Positions 48,359 to 58,587 of a DNA stretch of 64,000 nt are shown here, one piece after another. A program made the translations under genes and the position numbers. The stretch is from Promethearchaeota archaeon (GTDB taxonomy: Archaea; Asgardarchaeota; Lokiarchaeia; Sigyniarchaeales; SOKP01). The DNA lies in NCBI GenBank assembly GCA_019058365.1, contig JAHPZE010000005.1:64001-128000 (forward strand), read 5' to 3'. Under the pieces are notes generated by a model. That model searched no databases and was not told the origin of the DNA. It saw only the letters and a program-made list of their open reading frames with translations. Position 1 is the stretch's first letter; each line of letters opens with the position of its first letter.

Positions 48359-50332
48359 ATGGCAGAATTATTTGATCTTTTTGAAAGAGATTTTTTTACT
48401 GATATTTTAGCACTAACTAATATTGGGAAAAGAATTAGTGGAAATAATGAAATCATGATCCAATTCTTAAATGGGGTAGAAGCAGTATATACAGATTGTA
48501 GATTTATCTACTTACCTACAAAATATAAATCAGAAATTAAAGATGCTCAAGGACTTGTAGCTCATGAAAGTGGACACATAGGGTATGGCTCATTTGAGCT
48601 TGCGTTCAAAAAGCTAATTGATACACTTGCTAATAAATATAAAATGCCTCATTTTTTTGTAAAAAACGTTGTAAATGTCGTTGAAGATGTAAGAGTTAAT
48701 GCTATTAATAATATAAAATTCCCAGGTTTTTACAGGAATCTAAGATTATTAACAAAAAGAATGTTACCTAGACTTATATCAAGGATTGAAAAAGCTAAAG
48801 ATATTTTACTCTACATTAATCTATTTCTTGAAGAATATGAAGGTTTTCAGTTGAAACCTACTATAAAAGATATCGAAATGAGTGGAGATGATTGGGAGGG
48901 AATTTCAGAAGTGAAAAAATTTCTATTTAAAAATTTAACTCCTAGTTCTTCAATTATTTCATGTGATTTATTATGTAAATTCCTCAAAAAGTATTTTTCA
49001 TTCGAAGAAATGAATACAACGAAGGATATTAATGGTCTTCAAGGTAAAAATAACAACACCATCCATCAAATCGAAAATTTATCTACAAATAAAAAAAATC
49101 AAGACAAAACTAAATTAGATAGAACTAGTGAAGAACTAATTGAAAAACTAAAAGACATCAATTTAGAACCTGGAGATTTAGAGATATTAAGTGAAGAAGA
49201 TGAATCAAAAGAAGAGAATGACAAAAATAAAGCTAGAAAAAAGAAAAATAAAAGTAAAAAAAAGTCTGGAACAAAAAGTAAAAGAGAAAATACAAAAGAT
49301 AAAAATAAAATTATTGATACACCTGAAAATAAGGATTTAAAGAAAAGTCAAAAAAAGTTAGTAATTAGTGAATCACTTGAACAAGAAATGAATATTGCCT
49401 TCTTAGAATGTGATCTTAACCAAAAACAAAAAGAAACGAAATTAAAAGAAATATCAAAATTAGTAAAAGAAGCGGAAGAAGCAATGAAAGAACGTTTGAT
49501 TTTCTTAGAAAAGGGGGAATATTTAATTATTCCTCATAAAGATAAAGGAAAAAGGAATGTAAAAGATACTAAAATTGAAAATGAGAGCATGATTCCTTCG
49601 GGGATGTCTTATTCTCAAATAAAAGTAAAATATATGAATACGATTAAAAAAATGAAATTGATTTTTTCAGATTTAAAAAACAAATCGGGTAATGATTCAT
49701 TTCAAAAAAAAGGGCGATTAAACAATAAATTTGTAAAGGCGATTACAAGTGATTATAAATTTAAACAATGTTTTACAAGGAAATTGTTAAATAAAGAATT
49801 GAGATTATTAGTTTTAGTCGATATAAGTGGCAGTATGAGGGGGATAAAAGTACAAGCAGCTAAAATAGCGTTGGTTATGCTAAGTGAAGCTCTTGAAGAT
49901 ATTGCAAAGATTAGAATTGTATTATTTACAGGTACATTCCATGCATTAAATATTTTAGTAAAAGATTTTGAGGAAATGCTTAATCCTCGTAAAATTGATA
50001 AATTTGGTTGCCATTCAAGAGACGGACAAAATATTGATGGTGTATCAATTAAGCATGAAGCAAATAAATTAGATAAAGAGGATATAATAATTGTTATTTC
50101 AGATGGACAGCCTGCAGCTAATGGTGGCTACAATTTAAATGATGCGATTCCGGAGATTCACCAAGTGAGAAAAAAGTTTAAAACTTTCGCATTCTCTATA
50201 GATTCGCAAGGAGAATACTTAAATAAAATGTATGGGAATGATTGGGTTTTAACGAACTCTAGTAATCAAACAGAATTAGGGCAAAAGATGATAAAATTTT
50301 GTCAAATAATTGCCCGTGAATTTTTTAGATAG
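48359..50332 (+). CDS. vWA-domain protein (CobT/NorD/CbbO-like) with N-terminal HExxH domain
   Basis: VAHESGH...NVVEDVRVN, charged linker, MIDAS DISGSM, NIDG, ISDGQP. Confidence 0.85.
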   Translation: MAELFDLFERDFFTDILALTNIGKRISGNNEIMIQFLNGVEAVYTDCRFIYLPTKYKSEIKDAQGLVAHESGHIGYGSFELAFKKLIDTLANKYKMPHFFVKNVVNVVEDVRVNAINNIKFPGFYRNLRLLTKRMLPRLISRIEKAKDILLYINLFLEEYEGFQLKPTIKDIEMSGDDWEGISEVKKFLFKNLTPSSSIISCDLLCKFLKKYFSFEEMNTTKDINGLQGKNNNTIHQIENLSTNKKNQDKTKLDRTSEELIEKLKDINLEPGDLEILSEEDESKEENDKNKARKKKNKSKKKSGTKSKRENTKDKNKIIDTPENKDLKKSQKKLVISESLEQEMNIAFLECDLNQKQKETKLKEISKLVKEAEEAMKERLIFLEKGEYLIIPHKDKGKRNVKDTKIENESMIPSGMSYSQIKVKYMNTIKKMKLIFSDLKNKSGNDSFQKKGRLNNKFVKAITSDYKFKQCFTRKLLNKELRLLVLVDISGSMRGIKVQAAKIALVMLSEALEDIAKIRIVLFTGTFHALNILVKDFEEMLNPRKIDKFGCHSRDGQNIDGVSIKHEANKLDKEDIIIVISDGQPAANGGYNLNDAIPEIHQVRKKFKTFAFSIDSQGEYLNKMYGNDWVLTNSSNQTELGQKMIKFCQIIAREFFR

Positions 50333-50402
50333 GGTGGCTTTTTATTCTTTAGAGGAAATATTGAAAAATACTAATACTGCTAAAATTTAATATTGAAATT
50401 AT

Positions 50403-51446
50403 ATGAATTCACAGTTAATAAAGAAGGCTAAATATCAGAGAAGGATTGATGATAAATACTCTCAATGTTTAACTTGTGAGAGAAAATGTAAGATTTTAAA
50501 TGGAAATGCTGGATTTTGTCAAACACGGATTAATATAGACGGTGAAATTTATTCTATAGTTTATGGATTAATTCCTGCTCTATCGTTTAATCCAATAGAA
50601 AAAAAGCCTTTCTATCATTTTTATCCCGGCAGTACAGCTATAACAATAGGAACTTATGGTTGTAATTTTGCATGTTTTTGGTGTCAAAATCATCACCTTT
50701 CAAAGGCAAACCCTTTAAATCTTTTTCAATTTACTGCATCTGAAGATTATTTTACTCCTAAAAAGCTCATTGAGATTGCATTAAAAAGAAAATGTCAAGG
50801 AACTTCAATATCCTTTAACGAACCTACATTACTGTTTGAATATTCATTAGAAGTATTCAAACTAGCAAAGCAGCATGGATTATATAATACTTATGTTACA
50901 AATGGCTATATGACTGAAGATGTTTTAAGGGATCTAGTAGACGCTGGTCTTGATGCAATGAACATAGACATAAAAGGAGATTCTGATATGATTAAGAAAT
51001 ATTGTGGCGCAAATGTAGATAAAGTATGGAGAAACGCCAAGTTAGCAAAAAACTTAGGTGTTCATATAGAGATAACAACATTATTAATTCAAGGATTTAA
51101 TTCCAATCAAAAAATTATTAGAAAACTTACTGAGAGAATAGTTAGTGAATTAGGTGAACTAACACCATTTCATATCAGTCGGTTCTTTCCTCATTATAAA
51201 GCACAAAACTACGGACTTTCTGAGCCTACACCTTTAGATCTTCTATATGAAGCTTATAAGAATGCAAATGATGTTGGTTTGAAATACATTTACTTAGGGA
51301 ATTTACCTATAAACAATTATGATAATACTTATTGCCCAAAATGTTCTAAACTAGTCATCAAAAGAAAAGTATTTGGGATCAAAGAGTTATATTTAGATTC
51401 TGAGGGAAATTGCAAGTTTTGTGGATTTCCAATTTGTATTATTTGA
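50403..51446 (+). CDS. AmmeMemoRadiSam-system radical SAM enzyme
   Basis: CLTCERKC...GFCQTR, PIEKKPFYHFYPG, GCNFACFWCQN, FNEP, C-terminal CPKC...CKFCG. Confidence 0.88.
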   Translation: MNSQLIKKAKYQRRIDDKYSQCLTCERKCKILNGNAGFCQTRINIDGEIYSIVYGLIPALSFNPIEKKPFYHFYPGSTAITIGTYGCNFACFWCQNHHLSKANPLNLFQFTASEDYFTPKKLIEIALKRKCQGTSISFNEPTLLFEYSLEVFKLAKQHGLYNTYVTNGYMTEDVLRDLVDAGLDAMNIDIKGDSDMIKKYCGANVDKVWRNAKLAKNLGVHIEITTLLIQGFNSNQKIIRKLTERIVSELGELTPFHISRFFPHYKAQNYGLSEPTPLDLLYEAYKNANDVGLKYIYLGNLPINNYDNTYCPKCSKLVIKRKVFGIKELYLDSEGNCKFCGFPICII

Positions 51447-51560
51447 TTTTTTTCTTCAACTTTTTTTTATTAATTCAAATAAGATGTAGTTTTTAAATAG
51501 CACTTAGTAATTATTTTTAGAAGTACAAGAATTCAAATTTCATTTTTAAAGGTTTAAAAA

Positions 51561-52673
51561 ATGGCGAAAAAACCATTATCTAAAACGACAACCTCATCAA
51601 AATCTTCTCCATCTAAAATTCCAACATTAAAATCTCCTGAAGTAGCACCCACTCAAAAAAAACCCCCCACGTCAATATCTAAAAAAAAAAAACCAATAGA
51701 TAATCTGTCAATTTTAAAAACTTCTCCATATTTGAAACAATCATCAAAGTCTCAGACATCTGGAAAACATTTTACTTTAAAAGAATTGTTTGAGAGAAAT
51801 CTGCTTTCTCAAAAGGAAGAAAAGATGGAAATTATATTAAGTGGACAATATCAAGATGCCCTTGATTTAATGTATGAAGCCGACGCATCAAATCTATACC
51901 CAATTTTAGTGGGACCACCAGGGATTGGCAAAACAACATTATGTCGGTATTATGCCCAATTAAGGGCAGAAATTACGGGAAATGATTCATTTGAGTGGAT
52001 AACTTTTGATGAATCGACTAAACCGGCTCATCTTGTTGGAAGTTTCAACCCTGCAACTACAATACAAAAAGGATTTTCTTTTGAAGCATTTAATCCAGGA
52101 CCTTTAATTAAATCAATGTTAAATGGAGGTTTATTTCTTGCGAATGAAATCAATCGAGCAACTGAATATACTCAAAATTCACTTCTTGAACCATTAGAAG
52201 AAAAAACCTTAGCAATTCCACATATAGGAAGAATAAAAGCATCGCCAGGATTTTTCTTTATCGGCGCCATGAATCCTTCTGAATTAGTAGGTACGCATAG
52301 ATTAGGAGAAGCATTAAAAGATAGGTTTAATGTATGGATTGAACTTGATTATCCTGATAAGAAAACAGAGATGAAGATAATTGAACATAATAATCCATAT
52401 TATAAAATAAACGAGAGCACACTTGAGAAAATATATTTGATTATTAATAGAACTCGTACTCATCATCAAATCCAAACACCTGCTAGTTTAAGGAGTGGCA
52501 TCGCGCTGGCACGTCTTACCGGAGTAGCACAAAAGAAAGTTAAAAAGGATCCAGATAAAATTCTTGGGGATATTGCTAGTAATGTGTTATTCGGAGCGAT
52601 ACAAACAAAACCTGGAGTTAAAATAAATGATGTTATTAAAAATATCATTTCCCAAGTTGTAGGTTCTGCATAA
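51561..52673 (+). CDS. MoxR-family AAA+ ATPase
   Basis: Low-complexity N-terminus; GPPGIGKT, PGPL, FLANEINRA, GAMNP, ALKDRF, ASLR. Confidence 0.9.
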   Translation: MAKKPLSKTTTSSKSSPSKIPTLKSPEVAPTQKKPPTSISKKKKPIDNLSILKTSPYLKQSSKSQTSGKHFTLKELFERNLLSQKEEKMEIILSGQYQDALDLMYEADASNLYPILVGPPGIGKTTLCRYYAQLRAEITGNDSFEWITFDESTKPAHLVGSFNPATTIQKGFSFEAFNPGPLIKSMLNGGLFLANEINRATEYTQNSLLEPLEEKTLAIPHIGRIKASPGFFFIGAMNPSELVGTHRLGEALKDRFNVWIELDYPDKKTEMKIIEHNNPYYKINESTLEKIYLIINRTRTHHQIQTPASLRSGIALARLTGVAQKKVKKDPDKILGDIASNVLFGAIQTKPGVKINDVIKNIISQVVGSA

Positions 52674-52710
52674 ATTAAAAATTCAATTCATTTAAGAGAA
52701 GGTAAAGATT

Positions 52711-55323
52711 GTGATATTATTTCCAACTAATCCCGTTTGGTTTTCTCTTAAATTTATAAATGCTTTGAGAAAGCATGAAAAGTGTATAATTAAACCATCT
52801 GTTAGGCAAGCTATTGCTATGTGCAAGCTAATATTCGCAAGATTTTTAAATAGGGGTATGTGTGATATTGAAGATTTTTTAGAAGTTGCAGTAGTAACAA
52901 GCCCCTTAGAAAATCAAGATTTAGCTAAACAATTAGCAAGAGATGTTCTAACTTATGTAGATCCATCAAAAAATACCATCTCTAGTGAAATTAATAATTT
53001 TGATATTTTTGATCATACTAAACCTAAAGATTTAGTAGATGATATTGCACAAGATTTTAGCGATTTGGATGAAATTTATGATGATTTAGAGCTCTTGAAA
53101 GACTTTTTTGGTGAGATCGAAGGCTTAGATTTGGAAACGATGATGGAATCAACTTTTAATACTTTTTTTGATAGATTTGCTAATGAACTTGAGGAAGATC
53201 CATATAAAACAGCACTAGATGTAATAGAAAGAAATTCAATTGTAAATTTTGAAAAAATCCCGGATCTCAAATCTTTATTAAAAAAAGCAAAAGATCTTTT
53301 AAGGAAAAAAGTAAATCATTTAGAACCGGAAGATATTGATTTTGCAAGAAAATTAGGAATTCTTGATGATATAATTGAGGAATCTAGTGTTGCCAGAGAA
53401 AAGATATTGTCTCAATTTGCTAAAGATAAAACTTTAAGTAGAGAGGAAAAAGGAAAACCAAAAGCTGATAATATAATTGGATTAAAGAAATCTTTAGAAA
53501 AGACTTTTCAAAAAAGTTTTTATGATGCCTTAAACCTTGCTGAATTTGGGTTAAAAGGGAAAATCCTTGATAATAAAGAAAAAGAGACTATGAAGAAACT
53601 TTTTAAAGAAAGTTTGAAACAGGGAAATCGAAATCTCAATGATCTATTTAGAGCTACTAAAGTAATGGGTTCGAATCTTGATATTGAGAAGCAAGATTTA
53701 GACCATATTATTGATAATAGTTTAGATTTACCCTTTAAAGATGCTCTTCAGAGTGTTAAGAATTATGATCAATATTTTGGTGGGAGTCTAAGTGATAAGT
53801 ATTTAGAGAAATATAGTAATGATTTAGATACCATCAATAAGAAATATAATTTAGAGGATATCCGAAAAATTTTAATAAAAAATCCAACAAAGACCCCTTC
53901 ATGGCGAAAATTATTGTCTAAAACAATCGATAAAGAAGTTCAAGAACTCAAAAAAAATTATGCTAAAACTGAGGTATTAAATGCACAAATGAAAAATTTA
54001 GCAGATACATTAATTGCATCTCAAGATGAATGCTCTGATTTTGTTTGTAACGCTCAGTTATCTACTAAAATCCAAGATGTAGTAAATAAAACCACAGAAA
54101 TTGCAGTAAATAAAAATGTATTAAGAAATCTTATTAAAAATTTTAATGAAATGGGATTTCTTCCTAATCTTGATTCCATCAGGAAAGCGGGAAAACAATT
54201 AAAAATGTCAGAAGCAGAGATTCTTAGTTTGATAGAAGCAAATTTTAAATACTTTAAGAAAATGGTAGAAGAACACTCAACAACTTATCAAGGCTATAAA
54301 GATTATCTTAAGCAGTTAAAACTTACACCTCAACAAGTTGATCAGATCATAAGAAGCGCCATGGGGACCGTACCACCCAAAACTACTAACTTAGATGCAC
54401 TAAGTGTATTAAGTGAAAAACTTTTATCCCAAGTTCTTAATACTGCTGAAAGCATGGGTGATACAGCTTTAAATTCTGCATTTTCTTCTTTAGGTGCAGG
54501 TAGTGGGTTAGATCTTCTTGAGCAATGGTTTTTTTCAAGACATAATATCTCGGCAAAGGTTAAAAGAAAACTAAAAGAGATTATCAAACACATTATGATA
54601 GATCTTGGGATACGTTCGGCAAATTCTCTAATTGGCTCAGCTAATTCAGGTCCAATTGTAGAAAATATAGTAATTCCTTATACACCTGGTGATGACTTTG
54701 AATTAATAGATCTTGAGGAAACAATAAACAATCTACTAGAGGGAGGTAAAACAGTTGATTTGATTTCTAATGATGATTTTTTAGTAGCTAAAACAAGTCA
54801 AGGACTTCGTTGTTTGGTCCTGGAATTGGATATTAGTGGGAGTATGACAGGACAGAAATTATCGCAAATGGCTCTTTGTGCTACTATGTTAGTCTATGCA
54901 TTCAAGCCAGAAGAGCTAGCTCTTACATTTTTTGAATCTAATACTCAAAGGGTAAAGAATCTCGATGAGGATGTTGAGTTAGAAAGAGTCGTTGATGAAT
55001 TATTAGAAATTCAAGCTAGGGGTGGTACATGTATAAATTTTGCCCTTAAATGGGCGAATCATCAATTTGAGAAAAAAACTCGATCCAAACATAAATTAAA
55101 TGTGCTCTTTACTGATGCCGACGTATTTGATCTTAATAATAGTCTTATAGAATTGAAGAAAATGAGTGAAAAGAACGTTAAATTTGTTATGGTCGTGCCT
55201 AAATTTAATTTTTCTCCTGTTATGGCTAGAAAAATGGTTGAGGAAGCAAACGGAGTTCTTTTAACATTGAATCAGTGGAGAGAATTTCCAAAATTAATTT
55301 CTGAAATTATTACTAACCAATAA
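52711..55323 (+). CDS. Large vWA-domain protein (CoxE/ViaA-like partner of MoxR)
   Basis: C-terminal MIDAS DISGSM, GGT, FTDAD; long helical middle. Confidence 0.85.
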   Translation: MILFPTNPVWFSLKFINALRKHEKCIIKPSVRQAIAMCKLIFARFLNRGMCDIEDFLEVAVVTSPLENQDLAKQLARDVLTYVDPSKNTISSEINNFDIFDHTKPKDLVDDIAQDFSDLDEIYDDLELLKDFFGEIEGLDLETMMESTFNTFFDRFANELEEDPYKTALDVIERNSIVNFEKIPDLKSLLKKAKDLLRKKVNHLEPEDIDFARKLGILDDIIEESSVAREKILSQFAKDKTLSREEKGKPKADNIIGLKKSLEKTFQKSFYDALNLAEFGLKGKILDNKEKETMKKLFKESLKQGNRNLNDLFRATKVMGSNLDIEKQDLDHIIDNSLDLPFKDALQSVKNYDQYFGGSLSDKYLEKYSNDLDTINKKYNLEDIRKILIKNPTKTPSWRKLLSKTIDKEVQELKKNYAKTEVLNAQMKNLADTLIASQDECSDFVCNAQLSTKIQDVVNKTTEIAVNKNVLRNLIKNFNEMGFLPNLDSIRKAGKQLKMSEAEILSLIEANFKYFKKMVEEHSTTYQGYKDYLKQLKLTPQQVDQIIRSAMGTVPPKTTNLDALSVLSEKLLSQVLNTAESMGDTALNSAFSSLGAGSGLDLLEQWFFSRHNISAKVKRKLKEIIKHIMIDLGIRSANSLIGSANSGPIVENIVIPYTPGDDFELIDLEETINNLLEGGKTVDLISNDDFLVAKTSQGLRCLVLELDISGSMTGQKLSQMALCATMLVYAFKPEELALTFFESNTQRVKNLDEDVELERVVDELLEIQARGGTCINFALKWANHQFEKKTRSKHKLNVLFTDADVFDLNNSLIELKKMSEKNVKFVMVVPKFNFSPVMARKMVEEANGVLLTLNQWREFPKLISEIITNQ

Positions 55324-55346
55324 GAAAACTTTCTTAAACTATAGAG

Positions 55347-57686
55347 GTGTTAATTATAGATTTAAAAAACAATCTTAAAAATGCAGACTCTTTCAAGAGG
55401 CATGTCCAAGGAGCTAGATTTAATAGAGGAACTAATATCCCTAATAAAAATATTATTAATTTTAATGTTGAAAAAGATCCAGTTATTAAAGTGATAGCAG
55501 AGCTTCAAGGATCAGGAAATTCTCGGTATGTTATTAATATTTTTCAAGATAATACTGGATTTAAAATCATACATGACTGTCCTGATTTTAAAAAAGGGAC
55601 AAAATTTTGTAAACACATTGTTAAAATTTTATTATTACTTGAAAATCAAGTTTGTCAAACAATTTGTCAGAGTATTTCCAGAATGTTTTTTACCTCAGAT
55701 TTTGGATTGGTTAAAAAAAGCAAGACGACAAGCTATATTCTTAAAGCTGAAGATTTAATTAAGCAAGCTAAGTATTATGAAGCTATTAATTTCCTACATC
55801 AAGCATTTGATGAATCGAAAAATTTTGAATATATCTTAAAAATAGGTGAAATTACGCTAAATTATGATTTCTACGATCAGTTCTTAAAATATTCTATACA
55901 ATTTAAAGAATTAGCAGATAAATATTTAACTGAATATCCAAAAATTATAAGCACAGCAATTTCTAACTTCGACAATTTTAACTTTTCAAAGAAGGTTGAG
56001 ATTTTAATCAATAGTCAAATTTTAATGATGAATTTTCCAAAACTTCTCATGCTGGATGTTTTAAAACATATAACAATAAATGAAATTGAGGAACCAATTC
56101 TAAGATACTTGTTATTGCATAAATTTGAGTCTGAGTTTTATATCATGGATTATTTTAAAGATTTTCCAAAAGATTCTAAATCTAATTTAAAAGATTTAAT
56201 GGAAGAGAATACTTTAGATTTAGTTAATGAAGCGATATTAAATATGGAATCAGAAGAAGAAGTAAAAGCATTTATTACTATAGCACAGAACTGCAAATTT
56301 AACAACGATGGTATAATTTTTTCTAAAGTTCAAGATTACATGAAGAAATTAAAGGATATTTATTTGGAAGGTTTAAAATTAAAGCATGCCTTTCTTCGGT
56401 CTTTAGTTATAGCAAATACGCAAAGTGATAAGTTAAGGCAAATGAAATTTATCAAGAAATATAATTATCCAACTCTCATCTGGACTTCACCATACAAAAG
56501 TGAAACACCTTTACATTATTATATTCTTGAAAAGTGTGGATTTGAGAGCCATCATCTTGAATATACTGATATTAATAATTTTATTGAGAATTATCCTGTA
56601 TTTAAAGATATTTTCCGTGGAAATAATCCAGTACGTTATGAAGTTAAAAATTTTTGGGGCGATTATGAACCGAAAATAAAAAACACTGTCCAATCTAATC
56701 AAAAAGTTGAATTAGACTATGAATTAAATCTACAAGATATTAATAAAGTTATTTTAGTCGAATGGGATTTGGCACAAAAACCGATCCTAGGGAGCTATAC
56801 TTGTCAATTTTCTGATGGGTATCTTATACCAGATGGAACTCATCCTCTAACATATGAAATACAACCTTTTGATATAATATTATGTGAAAAAAATCCAGTA
56901 GTAATAAAGAGCCATAATATTAAAATCATGAAACCTCTAAGAAGAATAAATCAGAAAACAGCAATCGAGTTAGTATGGGCTGGTATTGAATATATATCTT
57001 CTTATTTGCCATTGGATCTCATTGAGGAATTAAAAAAATACAAAATTGATGAATTGGACGCTATTGATAAAATTTTTGAGACCTTTAATAATAGTTTCTT
57101 GCCAAATAAAGACTCTTCAAGAAAATTATTTCACGAATTTATTCAAAATAAAATTATAAAGGAGCTCAATCAAGTATATTTGAACGTAATTAATAACACT
57201 AACTATAGAGATAAAATTCTAAGATTGATTGGATTTGAAAGATATTCTGAGATTTTTAAAAAAAGAACGATTTTACAACAGTTTAAACTGGGAGATCTAA
57301 AAAGAAACTCACTCCAAGAATTAAAACGTGATTTTAAGAAATTTATTTTACAAAAATTAGCAGATTTAATAAAAAGTAAGAATTTTGAAGAAATTGATTT
57401 AAAAATTTTAAGAAGATTTCCCAAATTCAAAAAATTAACCCTCAAACTAATTTATGAGTTAAGAAAGCAACTCATTGAGTGCAAGATATATCAAATTGGT
57501 AAAGAATCTTATGATATCCAGAATTTATTCGAAAATTATTATGGTGAGATTATTATTAGGAATGCTTTAAATGTAATTTCGAGTCAAAAAAGACTTAATA
57601 CAATAATATCTGAGGATGATCTTTCAAAAATTCTAGAAAATTTTAACTACTTGAAATTAAAAACACCAAAAATTATTGAAAAATAG
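55347..57686 (+). CDS. SWIM zinc-finger domain protein
   Basis: GSGNSRYVI...HDCPDF...FCKHIVKILL. Confidence 0.75.
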   Translation: MLIIDLKNNLKNADSFKRHVQGARFNRGTNIPNKNIINFNVEKDPVIKVIAELQGSGNSRYVINIFQDNTGFKIIHDCPDFKKGTKFCKHIVKILLLLENQVCQTICQSISRMFFTSDFGLVKKSKTTSYILKAEDLIKQAKYYEAINFLHQAFDESKNFEYILKIGEITLNYDFYDQFLKYSIQFKELADKYLTEYPKIISTAISNFDNFNFSKKVEILINSQILMMNFPKLLMLDVLKHITINEIEEPILRYLLLHKFESEFYIMDYFKDFPKDSKSNLKDLMEENTLDLVNEAILNMESEEEVKAFITIAQNCKFNNDGIIFSKVQDYMKKLKDIYLEGLKLKHAFLRSLVIANTQSDKLRQMKFIKKYNYPTLIWTSPYKSETPLHYYILEKCGFESHHLEYTDINNFIENYPVFKDIFRGNNPVRYEVKNFWGDYEPKIKNTVQSNQKVELDYELNLQDINKVILVEWDLAQKPILGSYTCQFSDGYLIPDGTHPLTYEIQPFDIILCEKNPVVIKSHNIKIMKPLRRINQKTAIELVWAGIEYISSYLPLDLIEELKKYKIDELDAIDKIFETFNNSFLPNKDSSRKLFHEFIQNKIIKELNQVYLNVINNTNYRDKILRLIGFERYSEIFKKRTILQQFKLGDLKRNSLQELKRDFKKFILQKLADLIKSKNFEEIDLKILRRFPKFKKLTLKLIYELRKQLIECKIYQIGKESYDIQNLFENYYGEIIIRNALNVISSQKRLNTIISEDDLSKILENFNYLKLKTPKIIEK

Positions 57687-57749
57687 GTTAATCAAATTAT
57701 ACTTCTTATAGGAATAAAGTTATAATTCTGTAAGTTATATTTATTTTTT

Positions 57750-58583
57750 ATGACTGAATTATTTGCTGAAAATATTAATGGAATAAAAATCTGTTATGAA
57801 ATTTATGGAGAAGGATACCCGGTATTTCTTGTACATGGATTTGCTGCTAAAAAAGAGTATTGGATTGCACAAATTAGTGACTTATCTAAAAAGTTCAAAG
57901 TAATAACACTAGATAATCGGGGTGCTGGAAAATCTGATAGACCGAATATACCCTACACGATGGAGATGTTAGTTGATGATTTAAAGGGATTAATGGATTT
58001 TTTGAAAATTGATAAAGCACATCTTATTGGGCACTCTTTGGGGGGAGCTGTAATACAACATTTTGCCGTAAAATATCCTGAGTGCGTTAATAGGATAATA
58101 CTCATTTGCTCATTTCCAGATTTACCACTCGATGAAGTGGGCACAAGAATGTATAAAGAAAACCATATTGCTATATATGAAGCAAGATTAAAGGATCCAA
58201 TCAAATCCTTTTATGATAAAATTAAATTAAGATTCTCTCGCGAATTTATTAAATTAATGAAGGAAGATCCTAAGAAGAAATTCCATGGAATTTTTTCTGC
58301 GAATGATTTAATGGAAAGTGAAAAAATAAATCCCGTAACCCCTCAAGATATTAACAACCTAACTAATACTTTAATCACTTATAGAGTCTTGAATCGATTG
58401 CAAGAAATTAAAAATGAAACTCTAATAATTGCAGGAGATAAAGATAAACTTGCTCCTAAAGCGGCAAGGGACAAGTTGCATGAAAAGATTCCAAATAATA
58501 CATTAAAAATAATTCTAGGAAGCCACTGGGTTAATTTAGAAAAAGCTCCAGAAGTAAATAAAGTTATTTTAGACTTTTTATAG
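57750..58583 (+). CDS. Alpha/beta hydrolase (paralog 1)
   Basis: HGF, DNRGAGKS, GHSLGG, GDKD, GSH. Confidence 0.92.
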   Translation: MTELFAENINGIKICYEIYGEGYPVFLVHGFAAKKEYWIAQISDLSKKFKVITLDNRGAGKSDRPNIPYTMEMLVDDLKGLMDFLKIDKAHLIGHSLGGAVIQHFAVKYPECVNRIILICSFPDLPLDEVGTRMYKENHIAIYEARLKDPIKSFYDKIKLRFSREFIKLMKEDPKKKFHGIFSANDLMESEKINPVTPQDINNLTNTLITYRVLNRLQEIKNETLIIAGDKDKLAPKAARDKLHEKIPNNTLKIILGSHWVNLEKAPEVNKVILDFL

Positions 58584-58587
58584 ATAT

